Of a stretch of DNA of 64,000 bases, positions 1 through 11,467 are shown piece by piece (the stretch's first letter is position 1; every line of letters starts with the position of its first letter). Source of the stretch: Cetorhinus maximus (lineage: Eukaryota); NCBI RefSeq assembly GCF_964194155.1, contig NC_135879.1, positions 138,632,001 to 138,696,000 on the forward strand, read 5' to 3'. The notes beneath the pieces were generated by a model. That model had not been told where the DNA came from and did no database searches. It saw only the letters and a list, made by a program, of their open reading frames with translations. Both the position numbers and the translations under genes were made by a program.

Positions 1-790
1 TCTTGAGAAGACTTATGGTTCTCTCCACCACAGCCCTTGTGGAGACGTGGCTCCTATTGTACCGCTGCTCAGCCTCTGTTCTTGGATGCCCGAGAGGCGT
101 CATGAGCCACTTTTTGAGGGGATACCCCTTGTCACCCAGCAGCCATCCATCCAGCTGGCTGGAGCACTGAAGAGCCTCAGCACCAGGGAGTGTCTGAGGA
201 TGTAGGCATCGTGGGAGCTGCCTGGGTACCTTGCACAGACTTGCAGAATCTGCAGCTTGTGATCACACACTATCTGCACGTTCATGGAGTGGAATCTCTT
301 CCTGTTGACGAAGGCACCGGGCTCACCTGCTGGCGCCTTGATGGCCACATTTGTACAGTCTATTGCACCCTGGACGCAGGGGAAGCCAGCAATGGCCGCG
401 AAGTCTCTGGTTTGCTCTGTCTGACTGGCATTGTCCCAGCGGTAGTGGATGAAAGTCAATGCACGCCTGAATAGAGCGTCTGTCACCTGCTTGACACAAG
501 TGTGGACAGCTGATTGGGAGACTCCACAGAGATCACCCACCGACCCCTGTGAAGAGCCGGAGGCATAGAAGTTGAGGGCAGCTATGACCTTTAGAGTCAT
601 TGGCATGGGGTCCCCATCCAAACAATTTGCGGAGATCTCAGGGCCTATCATCTGACAGATAGAGGTGACTGTCTCTCTTGAAAGACAGAGCCTCCTTCGG
701 CACTGCACCTCAGACATATTGAGGTAGCTGCTTCATCACCTGTAAACCCTGGAGGCAGGATACTGGCGTCTTCTGCAGCCCCTTCCACCT
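1..790 (-). pseudogene. HARBI1-like Harbinger DDE transposase, frameshifted
   Basis: ORF 100..717 contains [32 protein letters not shown] and [17 protein letters not shown] and VVERTI motifs follow in a shifted frame. Confidence 0.9.
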
Positions 791-836
791 TGCACTTCTA
801 CGTGGGCGTGCGTGGGCCAACGGGAAAATTCTGCCC
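1..836 (-). mobile_element. PIF/Harbinger DNA transposon, one end only (runs off window), internally deleted
   Basis: Terminal AAAATTCTGCCC (825-836) matches the TIR of the full element at 22461-26877. Positions 1-790 align with 25450-26230, then jump directly to the terminal ~45 bp. Confidence 0.85.
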
Positions 837-839
837 ATG

Positions 840-1302
840 AATAAATTTGATTGGGCGTGTAATTGGCAAAAGAACTTAATAAGTGCAGAGCAATACATTT
901 TGGTAAAAAGAATAAAGGTACATACTCCTTGGAACATGAGCAGCTAAATAGGAAAGAGGAACAGGGGGTTCTGCTAGTACAGATTGTAAATCAGTAAATG
1001 TAATGATGCAGGTTCATAATGTCATTAAAAAGCAACCGAAACACGAGTTTATTTCCGCAGGATTAGAATTGTAAGGCAGATTATTTATGTTAAACTTGTA
1101 TAGAACCTTGATTAGACCATTTTTGGGGTATGGCAACAGTTCTGGTCACTATATTATGTATAGGATATAGAAGCACTGGAGCAGGTTCAAAAGTGATTTA
1201 CTATAATGATACCACAATTGAGAGGTTCAACAGGCTGTGGTTCTTTTGTCCAAAAAAGAGTGTACTGAGGGCTGACCTAATAGGGATCTTTATGATTATG
1301 AA
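840..1302 (+). mobile_element. CR1 LINE fragment (end of ORF2), degenerate
   Basis: Collinear with 4070-4560 (e.g. ATGTTAAACTTGTATAGAACCTTGATTAGACC, GGGCTGACCTAATAG). Confidence 0.7.
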
Positions 1303-1925
1303 GGGTCCGGGCACGCGCCCGACCCGCTTGAGCGTAAAATGACGTGCGTTGACGTCGGGTGAGTGTCCCAATTTCAACGCACAGTCGCACGCCTGAGTCA
1401 GCAGCGTGCCCACCGACAATGCAAAGGCCTCTTAACAACATTAAGCAAGTTTGTTAAAAAAAAAATCTTTTGCTGCCCTTCCAACCTTACTGTTAGCAGG
1501 GAGGCAAAAAGGCCAAGAGGCCTTTAGATTTTTTAAGAAACCTCATCCACGGGCAGGATGAGGTTTCCAAAAGCAAATTAAAATTTTAAAATTTAATTAA
1601 TAACATGTCCCTGCTCATGTGACAGAGTCACATGAGGGGACATTTCATAACATTTTTCATTTTTTTTTTTAAAAAACTGTTCATCTCCCTGAGGCAGCTT
1701 TGTGCCTCAGGGAGATTATCAAGCGCGCACTCGCACCCATGCATGAAGTTTGCGCTCGCCTCACTCGCACTCCTCCTGCCCTCCTTCCAGCCACACCCCC
1801 CCCCCACCCGCACAGGCAGCGATGAGCGCTGACTTTCGTGTTTCACGCTGGGTGGGCCTTAATTGGCAGCAAGCAGCTTCCCGACTGCCCCGCCGAACCT
1901 GCCCAACAAGGGCAAAATTCTGCCC
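1303..1925. mobile_element. Harbinger-family MITE, left end truncated
   Basis: Right TIR AAAATTCTGCCC. Shares internal motifs (GAAACCTCATCC hairpin, CATGTCCC, CTCCCTGAGGCA) with the MITEs at 16079, 30596 and 32441. Confidence 0.75.
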
Positions 1926-2056
1926 CAGGTGCAGTGTCACCAATGCCATATATAATTGCAGCAAGACTTAAATACTCTTGCACTCCAAGCCCCTTGCAGG
2001 TCTGTTTTTTGAGACAGAGTAGAACAGGAGGGAAGTGGGGGTGGGTGGGGTGTGGT

Positions 2057-2373
2057 TTGGGGCAGGGGGAGGCAATGGCACAGTGTTCCAGAGACCCAGC
2101 TAAATGCTCTGGGGACTTGGGTTCAAATTCCACCGTGGAAGATGGTAAAATTTGAATTCATTAATAGTCTGACAATTAACACAAAACCCCTCTGGTTCAC
2201 CAATGTCCTTTAGGGAAGGAAATCTGCCATCCTTACGTGGTCTGGCCTACATGTGACTCCAGACCCACAGCAATGTGGTTGACCCTTAAATGCCCTTTGA
2301 ACAAGGGCAATTAGGAATAGGCAATAAATGTTGGCCCTGCTAGCAATGCCCACCTCCCATGAATGAATAAAAA
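2057..2373 (+). mobile_element. tRNA-derived SINE (Meta-domain-like core, CR1-type LINE tail)
   Basis: B-box-like GGGTTCAAATTCC; core GGAAATCTGCCATCCTTACGTGGTCTGGCCTACATGTGACTCCAG; 3' ~70 nt similar to the LINE tail at 35368-35440; ends ATGAATGAATAAAAAA. Confidence 0.75.
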
Positions 2374-2501
2374 AGACATTGTTGAACACCATTTTAAGTG
2401 TTTCCCAGAGTGCAAAAAAAATGTTGTTAAAAGAACACACTAGTGAGTCTCCTAAATAAATAAAGATGTAAGGGAATAATTGAGCATTAGGAAATACATA
2501 T

Positions 2502-2989
2502 TGTTGTGGAAATATCTGTCTAATTTCATGATTCATATGTTGTAAGAAAATAACTAATAGTTTTGGGGAAATGAAATTTGTAAATATATTGTAATTGGAA
2601 CTCTGGAATTCAAAAGTTGCCAGGTCACCCAAACTATTTACTCAAAGGTCCTCCCATTTGTACTTATAAAGTCAGAATTAGAAGGGAGTGAGCCATAAAA
2701 TGGCAGGTTGGCCCATTTAGCAGGGGACTGAGACCTGTGGCACACTCTAGTTTAGTCCCAGGAGAAGTGAAGTAACCCTCAAGATTCTGTCACATTTAAG
2801 GGAACCGCAAGTGGTCTGTTGAGATTTTGGTTTAAATAATAAGGGTTAAGTTAGTAGTACATGTTTTGTTTAATCCTTGTACAGTGAAAGTTTTTCTTTA
2901 ACACGTGAAATCCTGTGGTGTGATTCCTTCCATTAAAACCAGCAGTTTGAACTTTTTCTAAGCTAATGATCTCCCTCGAGATCGTAACA
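2502..2989. mobile_element. Solo LTR (4-bp TSD, Gypsy-type)
   Basis: TGTT...AACA ends, ATAT duplicated at 2498-2501 and 2990-2993; interrupts the CR1. Confidence 0.65.
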
Positions 2990-5344
2990 ATATACATTAA
3001 TTACATAGGTAGCAGAGGAGTGCATAAGAGAGGACACCACGATTAGGAGAGAAGTAAAAGAAAACAATTACGAAAGCAAAGAGGAACTATGACATTAACT
3101 TATCAAGGAAAACGAATACAATATTTTACAGGCACATCAATAAAAAAGGAAGGCTGGGATGGGAATAAGACCATTAAAGGATAGTGAGAATGATACAACA
3201 GGTAATGATGGATATATGGCAGAAATATTAAATGATTATTTCACTACAGCATTTACCAGGGAGAACAGGTAGACTGTTCTCTGACACTGAATGAGATAAG
3301 TGCATTTAAACTAAAAATGTGGGGGAATTTAATAAACTAAACAACTCAAAAATGATAAAGCCCTTGTCCCAATGGATTGCATCTATACATTTTAAGAGGA
3401 TCTAGGGAAGAGATTCCAGACGCAGTACTACACATTTAATAATTCATTGGAAAAAGGTGTAGGGCCAGTGGACGATGGAACAGCTAACATAATTCCTACA
3501 TTTAAGAAGGGGGACAGAACATGCCTGGGGAATTTTCGACCTGTCAGCTTAAAATCAGTGATAGGAAAAATAATGGAATCCTGGCTAAGAGAAAAAGGAA
3601 CAACTGGAAAAGAAAAATATAATAATGAATAGTCAGGATGGATTTCAAAAGGGAAAATCTTGCTTTACCAATCTTATTGAATTTTTTGAGAAGGTAGAGA
3701 GTAGACAATGGCAATACAAATATGTAATTTATCTGGATTTCCAAAATTCCATCAATAATGAGCCCCCTTAATAGACTACCAATAAGATCAGAGAATTTGG
3801 ATTAGTGGACAAATGGCAGACTGGATTGCTAGCTGGATTCAAGACAGAAACTGGGAGTAAAATGGAGTTATTTAGAGTGGCAGAAGGTGGGAAGTGGTGT
3901 TCCACAAGGATCCATACTGTGACCACTGCTGTTCACAATTTATGTTAACGATTTGGACTTTGGGAACAAAAGCACAATTTCTAAATTTGTGGATGATACT
4001 AAATTGGGAGGGATAATCAATACTGAGGCAGACTGCAGCAAATTACAGGAGGTGGTCATTAATAAACTTACAGAATGGGAAAATAATTGACAAATGAAGC
4101 TTGACAGAGATACACGTGAGGTAGTACATTTTGGTAGGAAGAATAGGGAGGTCACTTATTGCTTGGAAGATACAAGTCTAGTTGGGGTACAGGAACAAAG
4201 GCATCTCAGAGTACAAATATACCAATCACTAAAAGTTGCGCCACAGGTTAGCAAGGCCATAAAAAAGCAAACTAAGCTTTAGGTTTTATTTCTAGAGTGA
4301 TAGAATTGAAAAGTATTGAAGTCATGCTAAACTTGTATTAAATCTTGGTTAGACCATGCTTAGAGTACTGTGTGTTGTTTTGACCACCATATTATAAAAA
4401 GGAAATAGAGGCACTATAGAGGGTGCAGAGAAGATTTACAAGGGTGATACCAGAAATGCATGAGTACACATTTCAGGAAAGGGGGAACAGGTTTGATCTC
4501 TTTTCTCTTGATTAAAAAAAAGGCTGAGGGTTGACCTAATAGAGGCCTTTAAAAATATGAAAGGTTTAGGTGGAATGTATACAGAGACAATGGCTGGAAT
4601 TTTCTGGCCCTGTTGGTGTCGGGGTAATGGCAGGTGGGGTGGAGTGGGGTGGGGTGCGGTGGGGTAGGGGGGAACTATATGGCGAGGAGGCCAAAAATCA
4701 GTTTCACACCATCATGAAACTAGTTTGCGATCGCCCGATCCACCCAACAATGGTGGCCGTGTTTCCCACCGCCGCACGTTGGGAACCTAATTTCAATACT
4801 TCAGCATCTCATTATAAGCCCTGCTCGCCAGAATCATCAACCCAACTGCACATAAGTGACACGCACCAGGCGAGCTGCACTTCGCTCAGGCCTTTGAGCT
4901 TTGTTTGGTTAGCTTGCTTCGAGCAGCACTCGTGGTCACCAACACCAGGCTTCACAGGCAGCACCACATCACTTTTAGGGGGGGTCATTGGCAGGTCTCT
5001 ACCTACCAGACCAGCCATAAGCTTTTCAGCAGCTACAGGGCTAGGGCTTGCTTGGAAAGGGGAAGTGGCCTCAGGCAAGGGAAGAGGCTGTAGGGTGAGG
5101 GCTGTACTGGGGAAGGGGGGTATCCCAGGGTGTGTGTGGGGTCACATGTTCATCCATACAAGTGCCCTCAAGATGGTGAGGGCTGAGGAGGCAGTCTCCA
5201 GAGGAGATGAAGCCAGATGGTGATGTGAGAGTGTGTGACAGACAATGAGTGCTGATGTCCCTTGAGCTGGCAATGAGTGAGATGCCAGTGAATGTGTGAT
5301 GGCCTTCTGAGTGTGTGAGTTTAGAATGAGAAGATGGTTGCCTT

Positions 5345-5590
5345 CCCCTGGCAGCACAGATGAGATTATTCATCCGTCTTCTGCACTGGATGGCCGACCT
5401 CTTGTGTGCAGCATTGGTGTTCAGCACCTCTACCACCACCTCCCAAGCCAGAGTGGTGAGACTGATGGGCCTCCTGTGACCAGAGTTGGGGTAGAGGACA
5501 TCACAGCGGGCCTTCATAGTGTCCAGAAGGCATTCCAGGGATGTATCACTAAATCAGCGGGCTGAACTCTTCTTGGCTTTTGGGCCTATG
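5345..5590 (-). pseudogene. Harbinger Myb/SANT (trihelix) exon remnant
   Basis: ORF 5071..5517 contains AWEVVVEVLN...RSAIQCRRRMNNL, matching the W..VA..V......QC.KK..DL pattern of Harbinger ORF1 proteins. Confidence 0.75.
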
Positions 5591-5853
5591 TCTTCACTAG
5601 TGTCCTCCTGGGGTGCAAGCAGTTCGGCTGCAGTTTAAATATGATACCCTGCATGAGGAAGCAGAGAGGTAGCGGAATGGCGGGCAAATTGGAGGTCGCC
5701 TACCAGCGAGATGATGTGTTTCCTGTGGCTGCATAATTAATGAGGTGGGAATGGCATGATATGGGGTGAAAACCCGCCATTACGGCCGGCAGGTAAAACG
5801 ACTTTTTTCCCCGCCTGCTACTGCACTTTGTGCAAACCTGGGATGATTCCACC

Positions 5854-6552
5854 CGTTATGAAATGGAGATAGTTTAAGTAAGTTACATTTGTATTTGTGG
5901 GTGTTAGGAATGAGTTTCAGCTTTAAAGTTAGTTTGATTTGTATTTCTGTATTTATGTGTTAAGAAAAGGTCAAACTGAGTTTTAGTTTCACTTTAAAAA
6001 GTGCTTGCATTTGTAATGAGGTTTTTATGACTGTTGCATTGGTTTGGGAGAAGATTCCGAAATGAGTTATTGGAGAGTGGAGATTTGAAACCCTCAAGTG
6101 AAAGACGGAGTTCAGTGAGACCAGTTGGCTCATGGTGTGACAAGCGGCTGGGTGCAGTTGAGGAGAGACCCATAGCATCTGTTTGAGGCGGCATATGTCA
6201 CTTGGTTTCAGAGTGTGGTGTGTCTGACCACAGGTCACCACAGGTTTACATGGACTGTGTATTTACGGTGAACATTAGAGTATAAGATAGCTTTTGTAAC
6301 TTGTGTTATATTTACAAATCTGTATATACCTGGAAAGGTATAGTTGTGGGTGAAGGAGTATTATAATATAGTTCATCTTTTCTTGTTGAATAAATGTTTT
6401 ATTCATTTGTTAAAAGTTCATCAGCTGACTCCTGTGGCTCTGTTCAGTAGCCCCTGTCCACGTATCAAAACAAACAAAGTTAGGATCTATCAAGCTGGGT
6501 TCCACCCTGGGATCAGGCTTGTCCAAGGGTAACCTCAGCTGGGCTCATAACA
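5854..6552. mobile_element. Solo LTR
   Basis: Ends (C>T)GTTATGA...TCATAACA; AATAAA near 6389; flanks CACC/CGCT interpretable as a decayed CGCC TSD. Confidence 0.7.
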
Positions 6553-7329
6553 CGCTCAATGTTTCAACTTGCAAGAAGAGCAAAACTAGAAGCCAAGAAT
6601 ATAAGATAGTCAACAAGAAATTCAATAGGGAATTTGGAAGAAACCTCTTTCCCCAAAGAGTGGTGAGCATGTGCAACTACCACAGGGGGCTGGCTGAATT
6701 AGCAAATACTGCAGATGCATTTAAGAGGAAACTAGACAAGCCTATGAGAGAAAGGGAATAGAGGGTTACGATGGTAGATTTAGATGAGGAAAGACAGGAG
6801 GGCGTACAAGCTGAGCATAAATGTCAGCATGGACTGTGTGGGCAAATGGCCAATTTCTGTGCAGTATTTGCAATGTTATCCTAAATTACAGTCAACTGGT
6901 TTCCGGCAGGGATTCGTTTTTCAGAATGAGGTGACGGCAACTTTAACCACTGGGTTTCATTAACGTGCTACCGGTGGGAAAACTCCTCTTCCTCAGCTTA
7001 CGAAGAAAGGCAAAAAATCTGCTTTGAATGGCATCATGTGCTTCTGATTCTCTTCAGCCTAGGATTCACATTGTGAGCAAGCTAGTGCAGCTTCCCTTTC
7101 AAGCTGAAGTTAAAATAAGAATAAACAATAGAAACACCAATGTTCATGTTTACAGAAAGACCCTGCCCCTGTCAGTTGGGTGCCGTTGTCATCTGTTCAA
7201 AAGAGCAAGTTAATTGCAGGATCCAGGCAGAACTTCAGCACATGAGATATGAATTGTTTAATAATCCAATTTCCACTGGCCAGGATGGATCAAAATCAAC
7301 AATGCAAGTTTGCTGACCAATAGCTACAT

Positions 7330-7426
7330 AAATAGAAGTCTTATTCACCCCAAAACATTACATATGCATCTCTCTCCACAGATGCTGCCAGACTTGCTGA
7401 ATATTTGCAGCATTTTTTTTACATAT
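7330..7426 (+). mobile_element. Old Penelope-like terminal fragment
   Basis: TCTCTCCACAGATGCTGCCAGACTTGCTGA motif, flanked by direct repeat AATAGCTACAT (~7319 and ~7427). Confidence 0.55.
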
Positions 7427-8058
7427 AATAGCTACATGCACACTTGTTTTCACTAAAATTATGGAAGCTGGTATGTGCATCATATTCTCTGTCTTGGGCA
7501 GTACTGAGGCTTAAAGATCTGCCTCCTATCCTTCACATCTTGCTTCCCATGGTTTTCTGCTGTCTTGCTGTTTCCTTCCAAGCAAATATTTTTATGCTGC
7601 AGCCATGCTGTTTAAATCTCCTGTTACCAATAACCACGTACAATCCTATGATCAAGCAAACTCTGCCTGCTCCATCAGATGCTTTAACGCTATGCTGCAA
7701 TACAAGCAGGTAATGGAATGTGCGAGAGGATTAAATTTGATGAAATGTGCCTATCTACTTTATGCTGCTCGATAAGTAGTTACGGTGTTAAATAGTTAAG
7801 AATAGCATGTATGTCAGTTCCCTGCATTACATACACCATTTTATTCTAATGTAAACTTATGAGTTTACTTTTTTATGCATAAGCACCAACTTTTATTTTG
7901 TAGAACTTAAGACATTTCAATTCATAACCATCAGTTAAACAAAACGTAAGCAGCTGATAAATAGCACCTTGAGTACTTTTCTTCACATCTTGAATATTGG
8001 CTTAGCTGAAGTATTCATAAAGGAAGTGGACTGATTCCTGATTCAACCTATAATAAAA

Positions 8059-8678
8059 GGGCTGAATTAAAGAAGGCACTTAATTCCCCGTGGCCCTCTC
8101 CCAACACCAGCCAAAAAGTTGGGGTTGCGGGGGAGGGAAAAGGGCCCACCAAGGGAAACTCCCTGTCCTCCACCAATTTAATGGCCAATTGGCCGTTAAT
8201 AGGCTGGAGGCAAGATTTCCGCCCCTCAGGAACAGGAAATTCCACCTCAGAGAATATCGGCCAATCAGAGGCCAGCAGTTCTCCAGTACTTTGGGACAGA
8301 GGTGTGCAGCATTGGGTCAGTGTTTCGGGTCAAATTGGGTGCCAAGCTGGCAAGAACCAAAGAGACGGGTGGGGGTCTTCCAAGCAGCCCAGCGGGCCAG
8401 TTAAGGAGGTACACACCGGCTGCCACCAGCCTTCACAAGGAAACCTGCTGGGCTGGCACTTGCTTGGGCCTCTCCAGCTGCCAGTTAAATCCCAGTGGCA
8501 GTGGGATGAGGCCATTAAGTGGGAATTAATTGCCCACTTAAGGGCCTGAATTGGCCCACAGGCCCACATTTTGGCCCACTCCCGCCATTGGTGTAACTGT
8601 AGTGGGGGCTGGGGCATGCAGGTAGTTGTTGGGTGTGCCATCCTCTGGCCAACAGCGTGTGAGCTTAAAATCTTGCCC
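8059..8678. mobile_element. Older Harbinger-type MITE
   Basis: Ends GGGCTGAATT ... AAAATCTTGCCC; internal GGCCATTAAGTGG/CCCACTTAAGGGCC motifs. Confidence 0.6.
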
Positions 8679-9207
8679 AGATAAACAAGCCTTGTGTCAA
8701 AGCAAAAGAAAATTGACACTTCAGATCTTGAACATGGACCTAAATAATGATGGAAGTTGGATAAATGAATGTTTTTACTTTCTACTTGCAGTCTCATGGT
8801 TATATAATCATTAAATATTACAAATCATATGTGGAAAAACCCTACTTACCAGAACTATTAAGTCAAATTAACTAAAACCAATTTTGCTCCATTGTACTTC
8901 TAGATTAGCACCACAAGACCTAAAGGTCTGTAAACTTGCACGTATAAAGCCATAAAATCTCCAACAAATCAGGTTTTTAAATCCAAATATGCAGTAAACA
9001 TTCCTATTATCATTACAATTTCGACAACAATTCATGGTATATCACAAATCAATAAAATTAAATATCCTAAGTTAAATGTAGGAAAAATGGAACGTAATAA
9101 AGAGTGGTTTAAAAATAATAAAGGAGAGTTATTAATGATTAGCTAGTTGTCAGTTATTTTTATGCTAATAAATTCATGAAACTAATAACAGGCTAAACCA
9201 TGCTTGA

Positions 9208-9367
9208 TAAAAGCAAAAAACTGTGGATGCTGGAAATCCAAACCAAAAATAAAAATACCTGGAAAAACTCAGCAGGTCTGGCAGCATCTGCGGAGAGGAA
9301 CACAGTTCTGTTCCTCTCCGCAGATGCTGCCAGACCTGCTGAGTTTTTCCAGGTATTTTTATTTTTG
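9208..9367. mobile_element. Palindromic Penelope-like insertion
   Basis: Perfect ~57-bp inverted arms (AAAAATACCTGG...GGAGAGGAAC / GTTCCTCTCC...CCAGGTATTTTT); 14-bp TSD TAAACCATG(C/A)TTGA at 9194-9207 and 9368-9381. Confidence 0.8.
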
Positions 9368-10451
9368 TAAACCATGATTGAGTTGGGTGTTAAAAGGTCT
9401 AGGTTTGCGGATTCTTCCCTTTTTATTGCTGTTACAGACAGACTTTGACTCATGGTTCATGACAGTTTAGGGCTCTATTGTAAAATAGAGTATAATTGGA
9501 GGAAATACTAGCAGTGTAATGACAATTTCACAATGCATTTACACCAAAACACAGCAAAGTGTTAAATAAGCTTCACTTTAGTTTTCGTTGTCATTACTAG
9601 CTGACAAGCCAGAAAGGTTCCCTAATTCGGTCTGCTTGTCGCACCATTAGTTTCGTAGATAAAATTGATTATTCACAGGGTCTATGAAGAGAACACTGAT
9701 GCATTTGGTACTCAGTTACAAAAATTTTCACTCCCATTTGGGCTGTCTCACCACACACTAAGTTTGTGCTTGCCCACCAGCATGCTACAACGCATCTTTT
9801 GTCAGGCACATTGTGCTCAACTCCACCATCCCTGCCCCCCACTTACCAGTCCTCTGCAATTTAGTTGCTCCACATTTTGTTATTCAAATAGCAAAATTTT
9901 TGAATAGACTTTGTGAGTAAGCTTTGTGAAAAATTCATATCGCCTATTACTAAATGTTCTGCCCATCGACAGTGAAACTTTCTTTAAGGCAAGCACTAAG
10001 GCTTGGCTTCCAGTCAGGCAGGGAGCCGTTTGGTGGAGGCCACAGGACAAGAAAGGTCTACACCCCTGAAGGTAGGTGAATGGGTGGGGAAGAAAAATAT
10101 TGGAGACTGGGAGGTGGGGGGTCAGGGGACACAGGATGAGACCTTGTAGGGAGGTTTAGGGAAGGGGGTGTGGGGAAAAATTGGAAGGATAGGAGGAATG
10201 GGGTGTCCAGATACATTGAAGGAAACATTAGTGCTGGATCCAGCATGCTTGCCAATTTGAAAAGGCACACCTTTCTTGGATCCAACAATCCTCAACTGGG
10301 TTTAGCTGCAAGGTTCCTTGAGCCTCGCGAAACCTGACCATCCACAGTTAAATTTCAAATGTTGAGGAACAAGGCTTGCACCCTCATTGCAATATTTAAG
10401 ATCCACCACTTAGTCTCTAATGTCGAACAATGTGAGATCAAATGTATTTGC

Positions 10452-10880
10452 TTTTATTTATTCGTTCATGGGATGTGGGAATCTCTGGCTGGGACAGCAT
10501 TTATTGCCCATCCCTAATTGCCCTTGAGAAGCTGATGGTGAGCCACCTTCTTGAACTGCTGCAATCCATGTGGTGTAAGTACATCCACAGTGCTGTTAGG
10601 GAGCGAGTTCCAGGATTCTGACTCAGTGGCAGTGCAGGAACGGTGATATGTTTCCAAGTCAGGATAGTGCGCTGCTTGGAGGAGAACTTCCAGGTGGTAG
10701 TGTTCCGATCCATCTGCTGCCTTCTCGGTGGTAAAGGTCATGAGTTTGCAAGGTGCTGTCAAAAGGAGCCTTGGTGAGTTGCTGCAGTGCATCTTGAAAT
10801 GGTACACACTGTTGCCACTGTTTGTCAGTGGTGGAGGTATGGGCTATCCAGTTCAGTTTCTGCTCAATGGTAACCCCAAG
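10452..10880 (-). mobile_element. 3' fragment of a second CR1-clade LINE family (family B)
   Basis: WNSLPNSTVDVLTPHGLQQFKKVAHHQLLKGN and the same tail as 35368-35700. Confidence 0.8.
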
Positions 10881-11467
10881 GAAGTTAATTTTGTTATGCC
10901 ATTTATTACAAGGATGCATCAATCAAATAGAGGCAAAACAAAAAAAAATTGCAAGAAACACATTCATCAGCATCACAGAATAGAAAAACTGATTAATTCT
11001 TGTATGGAAACCCTCATCAACTCTAGGACTTTAGCCTAACTTTCCTCTTTCAGATATTTCCATCTTCTGTTTTTAAATTTCACATTTAAAACACATTTAG
11101 CACATTCATAATTGAGCTTTTCTATATTCTAAGAGCAATCCCTGCCCAACAACATCATTTCCATGCTCCATCTTAATAATTTTAATAAGCTGTATCATCT
11201 AAACTGTTGTTTACATACATAAAAATGATACTAAAATATTGTAAACATGGTTAATTTTCACATAGCAGATAGCGTATCATGAATTTTTCAGCTGACTCTG
11301 TAGCTTCCTTATTCAATATGTGGACTATGTTACCTTTTTAATAATTTATTAAATGAACAGCCAAATTAAAACAAATCCACTAACAAGGTGATGTTTTATA
11401 TTCCGACAGCCAAAGATTTTCTCAAAATTCCACTGGCCACTCATATTTTGTCAAGATTTACATTTTC

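Larger units (their letters stand above)
4592..6557 (-). mobile_element. Non-autonomous Harbinger (~1.26 kb) carrying Myb/SANT exon 1; solo LTR inserted in its right TIR
   Basis: Left TIR GGCTGGAATTTT; right TIR ATTCC(A/G)CC|C split by the LTR; AAT TSD at 4589-4591 and 6558-6560; collinear with 12583-13829. Confidence 0.85.
2380..6870 (+). mobile_element. CR1 LINE (5'-truncated ORF2 + 3' UTR), interrupted by three insertions
   Basis: RT fragments PTFKKGDRTCLGNFRPVSLKSVIGK, GVPQGS and FVDDTK. Sequence resumes across the inserts (agacAAT|gtttcaac). Confidence 0.85.

Noticed and set aside
100-717. Domesticated HARBI1 gene
   Set aside because: Frameshifted, bounded by a TIR and present as three copies in the window; a transposon copy, so no gene symbol is given.
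8850-8919. Minus-strand exon with a strong CTG|GTAAGT donor
   Set aside because: With the obvious acceptors it has stops in all three frames; no support as a coding exon.
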